A stretch of 64,000 nucleotides of DNA from Chloroflexota bacterium (lineage in GTDB: Bacteria; Chloroflexota; UBA6077; FW602-bin22; JAMCVK01): the NCBI GenBank assembly GCA_023475225.1, contig JAMCVK010000036.1, positions 26,164 through 90,163 on the forward strand. The letters run 5' to 3'. Below the pieces are notes generated by a model that was not told the origin of the DNA, did no database searches, and worked only from the letters and a program-made list of their open reading frames with translations. Numbering within the stretch: the first letter of the stretch is position 1; every line of letters begins with the position of its first letter. A program made the position numbers and the translations under genes. Shown in pieces: positions 8,020 through 15,872 of the stretch.

Positions 8020-8595
8020 ATGGATGGGAATGAAGTAAACGTTGCCTTTGATATCCTTCTAGAAGAGATTGAGATGGTGGCAAACGGCCTTAACGAAGCC
8101 GGGTCCGAGGCCTTCAAGAGTGGGCAATATGATAGGGCAAGAGAAGTCATTGAAATGGCAACGCGGCTGTCCGATTTCCGGGGCAGGGTTAAGACGCTCC
8201 AGCAGGAATGGGCGAGGCTCTTTGCTGCCCGAATCCCATCTAGACTCGCGAAGAGGATACGTCGGCGCCCTGTAGAGCGTCTTTCGCGGGGTCTGCGCAC
8301 CGGGGAGGACGCGTATCGTCTTCCAATTTTAGAAACGCTTGTGGAACTAGGAGGGAGGTGCTCTGTAGGCGAAGTTCTCGACCGAGTCGCGGTTAAGATG
8401 AAGGGCATTTTTAATGAGTATGACTATCAGCCCCTTCCTTCGAGCCCCAAAACGGCACGGTGGCGGAATAGCGCTCAGTGGTGTCGTAACACCCTTGTAA
8501 GGGAGACCCTTATGAAGGCTGATTCCCCTTCGGGTATTTGGGAGATTTCTGAGGCAGGACGAAAACTAATTTCTCAGCACACCAAAATGCCATGA
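8020..8595 (+). CDS. Winged-helix (Mrr_N-like) protein encoded between mod and res
   Basis: ATG at 8020, 5 nt after AGGAGG (the track ORF starts at GTG 8014). The C-terminal half LPILETLVELGGRCSVGEVLDRV...ARWRNSAQWCRNTLVRETLMKADSPSGIWEISEAGRKL matches the Mrr N-terminal wHTH pattern. A 4-nt ATGA overlap joins it to res. Confidence 0.6.
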   Translation: MDGNEVNVAFDILLEEIEMVANGLNEAGSEAFKSGQYDRAREVIEMATRLSDFRGRVKTLQQEWARLFAARIPSRLAKRIRRRPVERLSRGLRTGEDAYRLPILETLVELGGRCSVGEVLDRVAVKMKGIFNEYDYQPLPSSPKTARWRNSAQWCRNTLVRETLMKADSPSGIWEISEAGRKLISQHTKMP

Positions 8596-11480
8596 GCAGC
8601 GCTGTTGACAACCCCATTATCAATAATGCCTTTGAGGAGCCAACCCGCTGGTGGGACTTCCCCGCTGGGCAGCCTACCCTGCAGGCGGGACGGCGGCCTG
8701 CGGGCTACTACCGCCGTCTCCTGCGCACCCGCGCTCGCACCGAGGGCAGGGCTTTGGCCGTTGAGGAGTTCACCGAGCTGAAGGAAGTCAACCGCATGCG
8801 TGAGCGAGTGAAGAGCTGGCGGGAGCACGGCTACCCTGGTGTCACCCGCACTACCAGGGACCTGCTCCACCACTGGCGGCGGGACGAGCGAGAGCGACGG
8901 CTTTTCTTCTGCCAGCTTGAAGCTGCGGAGACCATAATCTGGCTGGTGGAGGCCTCTCCTGCCGAGCGCCAGGGCATTGACATCCCCAGGGATGAAGGAC
9001 TGAGGCGCTACGCCTGCAAGATGGCGACGGGCAGTGGCAAGACGGTGGTGATGGCGATGCTCATTGCCTGGTCGGTGCTCAATAAGCTCCAGAACCGCCA
9101 GGACACCCGCTTCTCCGATGCTGTCCTGGTGGTCTGCCCCAATCTCACTGTCAAGGAGCGGCTCCAGGTCTTGTTCCCCACCAATGAGGACAACTACTAT
9201 GCCAAGTTTGACTTGGTGCCGCGTTCGCTGCTGCCCGCCCTGTCCGGCGGCAAGTATCTGATTACTAACTGGCACGCCTTTGCTCCCAACGATGAGCCAG
9301 AGCCAGGAGAGGAGAGCCCCAGGTATCGGAAGGTGCTCCGACGGGGAAAGGAGAGCAATAACGCCTTCTGCAATCGTGTTCTGGCTGACCTGGGTGGAAA
9401 GGGAAACATCCTGGTCCTGAATGATGAAGCTCACCATTGTTATCGCCCTGCCCCACTGGAGGAGAACTCAAAACAGGGACGCCTATCTGCCACAGAGGGC
9501 CTGACCAGGAAAGAAGCAGCGGAGGAGTGGGAGCGGGCCACCCGCTGGGTGCAGGCCCTGGATCGCATCAACGCTACCCGTGGGATCAATTTTTGCGTGG
9601 ACCTATCCGCCACTCCCTACTACATCAAAGGCAGCGGCTACGAAGAGGGACGGCCTCTCCCCTGGATTGTCTCTGACTTCGGACTGGTGGACGCCATTGA
9701 GTCGGGCATAGTCAAAATTTCCCGTATCCCGGTGGACGATGACTCTGGGCGCCCAATCCCAGCCTACTTTCACATCTGGAAATGGATCATGGAGCAGCTC
9801 CCTCTCTCAGAGCGGGAGAGGGGAAAACGCCACGCCAAGCCGGAGTCAGTGCTTCAGCACGCCGATGGTGCGCTTCAGATGCTCGCCGGGCGCTGGAAGC
9901 TAACCTTTGATGAATACCGAAAGCAGGGGGCTCCGGTGCCACCTGTCCTTATCGCAGCCTGCCAGGACACCGGACTTTCCGAGCTTGTCCACGAATACAT
10001 TGCCCAAGGTAAGGTTCTGCACGAGCTACGCAACCTCCCCAGAGAAGAGCGAGCTATCCGCATTGACACCAAGCTCCTGGAGGAAGCGGAGAGCCATACT
10101 GAAGCCACTCCCGTCTTGGTTTTGGGTGAAGAAGGTGAGGAAGCCATTAGTGGCCCGAAGCTCACAAAAGAGAGACAGGCGGAATTGCTTCGGGAGAAGG
10201 TAGCCACCATTGGCAAGCAAGGTAAACCAGGGGAACAGGTGCGTTGTGTGGTCTCCGTCGGCATGCTCAACGAGGGGTGGGATGCTCAGAACGTGACCCA
10301 GGTCTTTGGTCTACGCGCCTTTGACTCACAGCTATTGTGCGAGCAAGTAATGGGCCGGGGGCTTAGGCGTACTCAGTATGACGACCTCACCGTACCTGAG
10401 TATGTGGATGTGTATGGCATCCCCTTTGAGGTGATACCCGTCCAGAAGGGCAAAATCAGCACTCCTCCTGAGGTGCGTCCGACCACCCTGGTGAAAGCGC
10501 TTCCCGAGCGGGAGAAGGACTATGAGATTGCCTTCCCACGAGTCGAAGGCTACGTCTTCGATGTGCGCTACCGCGTCACCGCCGATGTAGCGGCTATTCC
10601 TGAGATGGAACTGACGCCCAGCACTGATCCTACCGAAGTCATGGTCAAGAATGCCAACGGCTATCGGATGGCCCGTCCCGACCAGCTTGGCCCGGGGGAT
10701 GTCATCGTGCATGACCGCTCAGAGTTCTATCGCGGCCAAAGGCTCCAGGCGACCATGTATGACATGGCCAGCCAGATAACCCACCGGTTGGTTCCTGATA
10801 GGAAAGACGGTGAACAGGTTGATGTGAAGCGGCGCCTGCTCTTTCCCCAGGTGCTGAGAATAGTCCAGGAATATCTGGAGACTCGGGTAAAACGATACGC
10901 TGTGCCTCTGGAGGAAGTCGGCTTGCTGCGCTACCGCCAGCGTGTGGTAGAGAGGCTACAGCAGGCTATCAGACCCGATACAACGGCAGGAGAGCAGCCC
11001 CTGCTGCCGGTCATTGAACGCTTCCGCCCCATCGGCTCTACACGCGACGTGCTCTTCCGCACCAGCCGCGTATGTCACGGCACGGGGAAGAGCCATATCA
11101 GCCACGTCGTAGTAGATACAGCGGCCTGGGAGCATACCGTAGCCTTTGCTCTGGAGCGCCTTGATTACGTCCTCTCCTACGCCCGAAACGACCACCTGGA
11201 TTTCACCATACCTTATGAGTTCGATGGGCAGAGTCATTACTACATCCCAGACTTCTTGGTTCGTGTGCGGTGTGAGAATAACACAGTGGTCAATGTGATT
11301 TTGGAAGTGAAGGGGTTTGAGAGTGAAAGGGATAGGGCAAAGGAAGCAGCAGCCCAGCGGTGGGCATCGGCGGTTAATCATCATGGCGAGTTTGGGAAAT
11401 GGATGCTGCTTGTGTGTCGAGACCCGCGGAAGCTAAATGAGATGTTGACAGGGCTACGTTCGTCAGCAAGTGCAGGATAG
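8592..11480 (+). CDS. res: Type III restriction enzyme Res subunit: SF2 DEAH helicase with a C-terminal PD-(D/E)xK nuclease
   Basis: 962 aa. Walker A is MATGSGKT, motif II is VLNDEAHHCY, motif VI region is VSVGMLNEGWDAQNV, and the C-terminal nuclease-like motif is YIPDF...ILEVKG. Confidence 0.9.
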   Translation: MSSAVDNPIINNAFEEPTRWWDFPAGQPTLQAGRRPAGYYRRLLRTRARTEGRALAVEEFTELKEVNRMRERVKSWREHGYPGVTRTTRDLLHHWRRDERERRLFFCQLEAAETIIWLVEASPAERQGIDIPRDEGLRRYACKMATGSGKTVVMAMLIAWSVLNKLQNRQDTRFSDAVLVVCPNLTVKERLQVLFPTNEDNYYAKFDLVPRSLLPALSGGKYLITNWHAFAPNDEPEPGEESPRYRKVLRRGKESNNAFCNRVLADLGGKGNILVLNDEAHHCYRPAPLEENSKQGRLSATEGLTRKEAAEEWERATRWVQALDRINATRGINFCVDLSATPYYIKGSGYEEGRPLPWIVSDFGLVDAIESGIVKISRIPVDDDSGRPIPAYFHIWKWIMEQLPLSERERGKRHAKPESVLQHADGALQMLAGRWKLTFDEYRKQGAPVPPVLIAACQDTGLSELVHEYIAQGKVLHELRNLPREERAIRIDTKLLEEAESHTEATPVLVLGEEGEEAISGPKLTKERQAELLREKVATIGKQGKPGEQVRCVVSVGMLNEGWDAQNVTQVFGLRAFDSQLLCEQVMGRGLRRTQYDDLTVPEYVDVYGIPFEVIPVQKGKISTPPEVRPTTLVKALPEREKDYEIAFPRVEGYVFDVRYRVTADVAAIPEMELTPSTDPTEVMVKNANGYRMARPDQLGPGDVIVHDRSEFYRGQRLQATMYDMASQITHRLVPDRKDGEQVDVKRRLLFPQVLRIVQEYLETRVKRYAVPLEEVGLLRYRQRVVERLQQAIRPDTTAGEQPLLPVIERFRPIGSTRDVLFRTSRVCHGTGKSHISHVVVDTAAWEHTVAFALERLDYVLSYARNDHLDFTIPYEFDGQSHYYIPDFLVRVRCENNTVVNVILEVKGFESERDRAKEAAAQRWASAVNHHGEFGKWMLLVCRDPRKLNEMLTGLRSSASAG

Positions 11481-11724
11481 GAAACAATGTCCAGGCATAG
11501 AAGTCTGACCCTAAAGAAGCTCATCTTGAGATGTTCAAGCTTGTTGTTGGTAGATTAGACAAGGGCCGAATCGTGCCAGCACTTTGCAAAGAGGATAAGT
11601 CGGTGTGGGATGCCGTTGGTCTTGCATTCAAGGGGTGCTACTGTCTCCTTGGGAGAGACGATGGGGTTGTCCTTGAGCGTCAGAAGAAGAGTTTAAGTCC
11701 AGCTAACTAGAGGAGGAAAAGAGA

Positions 11725-12021
11725 ATGGCAGGCAAGAGGTTCTCACGTTCACGAGACTTCAACGAGAGTAGCCTTGAAAAGGCCCCAAAAGGTAAGCCAG
11801 TTGTATACAAAATCAAGAATAGTGACGGCAACAACATCTACACTGGTAGCGCCAAAAGAGGCAGGGTGACAGAGCGCCTGAAGGAGCACTTGCCGGGTGG
11901 CCCCGACCCCATCAAGGGTGCCGTGACTTTCCAAGTGAAGCAAATGGGGTCCATCCAGGAGGCGCGGGCGGAAGAAAAGAAGATAATCGAAAAGGAAAAC
12001 CCCAAACATAACAAGCAATAG
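11725..12021 (+). CDS. Stand-alone GIY-YIG nuclease-domain protein
   Basis: 98 aa with a strong RBS (GAGGAGG). VVYKIKNSDGNNIYTGSAKRGRVTERLKEH ... EEKKIIEKENPKHN fits GIY-(x9-11)-YIG, R, H and the terminal E...N pattern. Confidence 0.6.
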   Translation: MAGKRFSRSRDFNESSLEKAPKGKPVVYKIKNSDGNNIYTGSAKRGRVTERLKEHLPGGPDPIKGAVTFQVKQMGSIQEARAEEKKIIEKENPKHNKQ

Positions 12022-12075
12022 TAGATAGAGATTGCTCACAGACTTGAAACCTGTTTTCAGTCGTAAGGAGGTATA

Positions 12076-12921
12076 ATGTCATTTGGCATCGTTATAAAGG
12101 GGCCAGAAGGTCTCGTTCTTGCAGCTGAAAGCCGAGTAACCCTTGCAGCACAACAACCGCAAGGCCCTGCCATCCATGTGAATTTTGACAATGCAACCAA
12201 ACTGCTTTCCTTCTCCCCTCCAAATATTGCTGTTGGGGCTGTCACTTATGGGCAGGCAGCCATTAGATTGAGAACAGCTCACAGTTTCATACCAGAATTT
12301 GAATCTGGTTTGCCACAAGAAAGACTAGCCATCCGGGACTTTGCTCAACGTATGAGTGATTTCTTTATGCAACAATGGCAATCCGCCATGCCACCAACCT
12401 ATGATGGGCCAAACATGACTTTCGTGGTCGGTGGATTCAACGAGGGAGAACCCTATGGGAGAGTTTTTCTATTCGACATACCGCGAAATCCCCCACCTGT
12501 GGAACAGCACCTTGCCACCGATGTTTTTGGAATAACCTGGGGAGGGCAGCGCGAGTTTGTTGATCGTCTCATACAAGGCTATGATCATAGATTAGTGGAT
12601 ATCGTAACCCGGGCCCTCAATTTGCAGGCCGCACAAGCACAGGGGCTACTGCAAGCCCTAGGCCAGCTGCAGATGGCACTACCTCTGGCAGCAATGCCTT
12701 TGCAGGATTGTGTAGACCTGGCAATCTTTTTTATAAGAACCACCATTAGTGCACAAAGGTTGACTGTTGGAATTAGGGGTTGCGGTGGTCCGATAGACGT
12801 GGCAACTATCACAAGGAGAGAGGGACTTAGATTCGTTCAGCGTAAACAAGTAATCGGAGAAATAGCGTCCGGCGGTGAAGGGTTTCAATCTGAAAGGGGG
12901 AGAGCAACATGGAATCCGTAA
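12076..12921 (+). CDS. Proteasome beta-subunit-like Ntn hydrolase with Ser at the nucleophile position
   Basis: 281 aa with RBS TAAGGAGG. Hand alignment to T. acidophilum beta: M-SFGIVIKGPEGLVLAAESRVT vs TTTVGITLKDAVIMATERRVT; TKLL vs KKLF (Lys33); FVVGGF vs LLVGGI; MPLQDCVDLAIFFIRT...GGPIDVATITRREG vs MTVDEGVDLVIRAI...GGMIDVAVITRKDG. Confidence 0.6.
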   Translation: MSFGIVIKGPEGLVLAAESRVTLAAQQPQGPAIHVNFDNATKLLSFSPPNIAVGAVTYGQAAIRLRTAHSFIPEFESGLPQERLAIRDFAQRMSDFFMQQWQSAMPPTYDGPNMTFVVGGFNEGEPYGRVFLFDIPRNPPPVEQHLATDVFGITWGGQREFVDRLIQGYDHRLVDIVTRALNLQAAQAQGLLQALGQLQMALPLAAMPLQDCVDLAIFFIRTTISAQRLTVGIRGCGGPIDVATITRREGLRFVQRKQVIGEIASGGEGFQSERGRATWNP

Positions 12922-13106
12922 GGCATACGCGGCCGTTTGGCTACGCACATATTCCTGCTCTGTCTGATAATCAACTCACGGCAACATACCAGGCTGTAGG
13001 CTGGAGTGAACTGAGTAAAGAATTGACAATCTTAACCTATCCAACTTCTCCAGAAACGAACGAGCCGGTAGAACTTCCAAGCGTGACGCTTCCGGCATGG
13101 GGGTGA
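12909..13106 (+). CDS. Hypothetical small protein, possible third gene of the GIY-YIG/Ntn operon
   Basis: 65-aa ORF preceded by AAGGGGGAG. Overlaps the end of the upstream gene by 13 nt. No recognisable motif. Confidence 0.3.
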   Translation: MESVRHTRPFGYAHIPALSDNQLTATYQAVGWSELSKELTILTYPTSPETNEPVELPSVTLPAWG

Positions 13107-13268
13107 TATTCCCTCAAACAAACATGTTTGTTCTCTTGCTGTCACCTGTGGTCGCAGCTAGAAATGCTCAAGTAGACATGCACTCGATTCTTGTGCGCCC
13201 CTTGAGACCCCTTAGCAGGAGAATCTTTACTCGATCCCACAGCAGTGTTCTCTGCGCCGTTAGCCCGG

Positions 13269-13340
13269 GGAGCCATGCAGCATTCGAACCTCCGACACCA
13301 TGATTAAGAGTCAGGTGCGCTACCTCTGAGCCAATGGCCC
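13269..13340 (-). tRNA. tRNA-Lys(CUU)-like sequence, probably a degenerate or pseudo tRNA
   Basis: The reverse complement GGGCCATTGGCTCAGAGGTAGCGCACCTGACTCTTAATCATGGTGTCGGAGGTTCGAATGCTGCATGGCTCC folds with a 7-bp acceptor stem and a CTCTTAA anticodon loop. However the T stem (GGAGG/GCTGC) has two G-G mismatches including 53-61, and the anticodon and D stems have one mismatch each. There is no encoded CCA. Confidence 0.45.
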
Positions 13341-13377
13341 CTTTGGACTGGGCGACTCGAAGGGATGACGGCGAAGG

Positions 13378-13767
13378 CTAGTCGGTGACCCGATAGGACT
13401 GGATGTACCAACGCCCCTCTTTCTTAACGAGGTAGAAATACATACGGTAAGTCCCCTCGGCGCTATCTGCCTGGACGATGATCGTCTGCGCCTCTGGATC
13501 AAGGGAGGGCAGATCGCTCCACTGTAAGCGCAGCTGGGCTTGATGCATAACGGCGATCAGTTTGGGCTCCTGGATCTCGCGCAGTATGCCTCCACCGGTT
13601 ACTGGATCATAGTAAGCTCTGGCTTGCTCCATCTTCCCCTCGGATATAGCATCGAGAAAGGCCTTCACCGTGTTCCTTGGTGCTTGGCTCTGGCAGGTAA
13701 GGGAAAGGAATAGTAGCAAGAGCGACAGGATGAGAAGTAGATATAAGGCCAGAACGAGCGTCCTCAC
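13378..13767 (-). CDS. Small secreted protein or lipoprotein, function unknown
   Basis: 129 aa. Has a hydrophobic signal ending LSLTC (lipobox-like). A 4-nt overlap joins it to the upstream membrane-protein gene. Confidence 0.6.
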   Translation of the reverse strand: MRTLVLALYLLLILSLLLLFLSLTCQSQAPRNTVKAFLDAISEGKMEQARAYYDPVTGGGILREIQEPKLIAVMHQAQLRLQWSDLPSLDPEAQTIIVQADSAEGTYRMYFYLVKKEGRWYIQSYRVTD

Positions 13768-15872
13768 CGCGGCTCCACCCGGAAGTCACGCAACCCGAAC
13801 CACTCTGGTGGATCACTGTTATCCGGTATGGAGAGGTTGAGGACCTTGGGTTTGGGCACCGGGCCTTGCCCTATTTTGCTTGGTTGCAAAGCTAGATTCT
13901 TGACCGTTATCTCCTTGGGTGTGGGCGAGAGCTCTTCAATCTGGAGCAGGACATCGTTGTAAGAGATGGCCAGCCGACGGGGCTCCTCGAAGGTGCGGGC
14001 CGTGAAACGCAGGTTGATGGTGAGCGGATGGTCCAGCGTATTGAGCAGGTTGAGCTCCCCCTTGTTGCCTGTAGACCACCAGCCTATTTCAGGCTTCGCC
14101 TTCTCGCTGACGAGGTCCAGGCTGCGGGCGGGGGCGACGATCACCAGGGCGGGCGGTGCATGGAGCTCATAGACGGTGGTTGTCGGGAAATCTTTCACCA
14201 GAGTGAACTCCGGCCTGTTTTCTAGATTGGGCAGAGGGCCAGTAAGGATGTATTTTGCTTTATGAATCAGCACGTACTTGACCCCTAGATAGCTTAACAC
14301 CCCTGGGGTAGCGACGTCGGTTATATCTTCAATGCTCGGCATAAGCATATCGGCGGTGCGACTCTTACCCTGTCCATTAACCATTGGCTTGTGGTGAATC
14401 CGTTGGGAGAATTGGTACTCCGGGGAAACGAATATATCGTTCATTGGATACTCGGCGATGCTGAACTGGCCAGGTTGGGAAGCCAACCAATAGTATACCT
14501 CTGGAACGCTGGTGGTGATGACGGTCAGGGGGATGTGCACGCTCTGCTCCATTAGAATAAGTGCGGTGATGAAGATGACGTTCAAATAGAGACGCCTTTG
14601 GCTAACGACCCCGGCCAGAGCATACTGGAAACCCAGTGCGGCCAGTATAGCTGCAGAGAGCATAACCAGTACCGAGAAACGAGCATACTCGCGAAACCAT
14701 GGGGCTATGGGGTAGAGGAAGTAGCTGGGGGTCCAGATGGGGAGCTGCCCGAGCCCCGGCAGGGGAATATTAATGATAGGTGCCGCTGAGGTGAACAGAC
14801 TGGCAGCGAACAGGAAAATGAAGAAGGAGAGGGCAAAATGGCGTTCCCTGTTTCCTGGGGACTGCTTCCTCCTTGGGAGCCATTTCCACAGCCCATAAAT
14901 GGCCAGGATCAGCGTGATGTAACCAATGTACAGCCCATGGGCGAAATAGCCGCGCACCGGCTCCTCCGCATTCCATTGTGTCATATATTTACCGAAGAGG
15001 GGGTTATAAATGGGGGGCAACAAGTAGTCCACCAGTCGTGGGGCCAGCCCAACCACATCGCCAAAGGGGCGCGCAAAGCCATAGGGCAGGAGCTGCTTTG
15101 GGGTGGTGAGTACCGTTTGCAGCGTGGAAAAGGTGAAGGGCAGGATGATGGCCAGGCTTAGTAAAATGGCTGTAGCACCCACCTTCAACGTCTGGCGATC
15201 GAGATCAAGCCTCCTCTCGGTTATGTAGGCGTACCCCAGCCAGAAGAGAAGGAAGTAGAGTGTGCCTATGGCTACGATATAGCCGTTGATGTAACTCGAT
15301 AGGAGGATGAAGGTGTAGAGGAGGGCAGCGATGATGGCGTTTCTATATGTCCGCTGTCCGTGCAGTTTCAGGAGAAAGAGGAAATAGAGCGGAATCCACT
15401 GCACGCTGGCCAGGGGTACCCAGGCGAAGGTCCGCCAGATGTGGTAGTTCGAAAACGAATAGATCACGCCGGCCACTAGGCTGGCGGCCTTGTTCTTGGT
15501 GATGTGATAACAAAGGTAATACATGATCATAGCTGAGAGGGGGAAGCTGATGAGCACCATGAAGTCGAAGGCGAAGACCTCGTTGGTGAGAATGGCCAGG
15601 GCTATCTCTGGGTAGAGAGTGAACCACTCCAGGGCGACGATATTGATCCCAAAGGGACTGGCTACTAAAGGACAGAAGGAGAAGGGCAGGTGGTTCAGGA
15701 AGGCGTATTTATACCACCAGATCGACCAGATGGCGGCCAGAGCATCGCCATGGAAGGCATACATCGCCCCTGGGGCCCGGGGCCGGGCGATGTAGGTCAC
15801 AATGTAGGTAAGGAGGCAGTAAAAAAGAAAGATGAGGAGGTCTGTCCAGTGTCGTTTCGACCAGGTGATCAT
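13764..15872 (-). CDS. Large polytopic membrane protein, GT-C-like (YfhO/ArnT-type) putative glycosyltransferase
   Basis: About 700 aa. The N-terminal two-thirds is highly hydrophobic with many TM helices, followed by a soluble C-terminal domain. The likely start is ATG 15872 (MITWSKRHW), an ATGA overlap with the GT4 stop. Function is inferred from architecture and context only. Confidence 0.6.
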   Translation of the reverse strand: MITWSKRHWTDLLIFLFYCLLTYIVTYIARPRAPGAMYAFHGDALAAIWSIWWYKYAFLNHLPFSFCPLVASPFGINIVALEWFTLYPEIALAILTNEVFAFDFMVLISFPLSAMIMYYLCYHITKNKAASLVAGVIYSFSNYHIWRTFAWVPLASVQWIPLYFLFLLKLHGQRTYRNAIIAALLYTFILLSSYINGYIVAIGTLYFLLFWLGYAYITERRLDLDRQTLKVGATAILLSLAIILPFTFSTLQTVLTTPKQLLPYGFARPFGDVVGLAPRLVDYLLPPIYNPLFGKYMTQWNAEEPVRGYFAHGLYIGYITLILAIYGLWKWLPRRKQSPGNRERHFALSFFIFLFAASLFTSAAPIINIPLPGLGQLPIWTPSYFLYPIAPWFREYARFSVLVMLSAAILAALGFQYALAGVVSQRRLYLNVIFITALILMEQSVHIPLTVITTSVPEVYYWLASQPGQFSIAEYPMNDIFVSPEYQFSQRIHHKPMVNGQGKSRTADMLMPSIEDITDVATPGVLSYLGVKYVLIHKAKYILTGPLPNLENRPEFTLVKDFPTTTVYELHAPPALVIVAPARSLDLVSEKAKPEIGWWSTGNKGELNLLNTLDHPLTINLRFTARTFEEPRRLAISYNDVLLQIEELSPTPKEITVKNLALQPSKIGQGPVPKPKVLNLSIPDNSDPPEWFGLRDFRVEPR

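Noticed and set aside
11531-11710. 59-codon ORF (MFKLVVGRLDKGRIVPALCKEDKSVWDAVGLAFKGCYCLLGRDDGVVLERQKKSLSPAN) between res and the GIY-YIG gene
   Set aside because: It has no convincing RBS and no recognisable motif, and it falls below the track threshold. It could be real, but I cannot support it.
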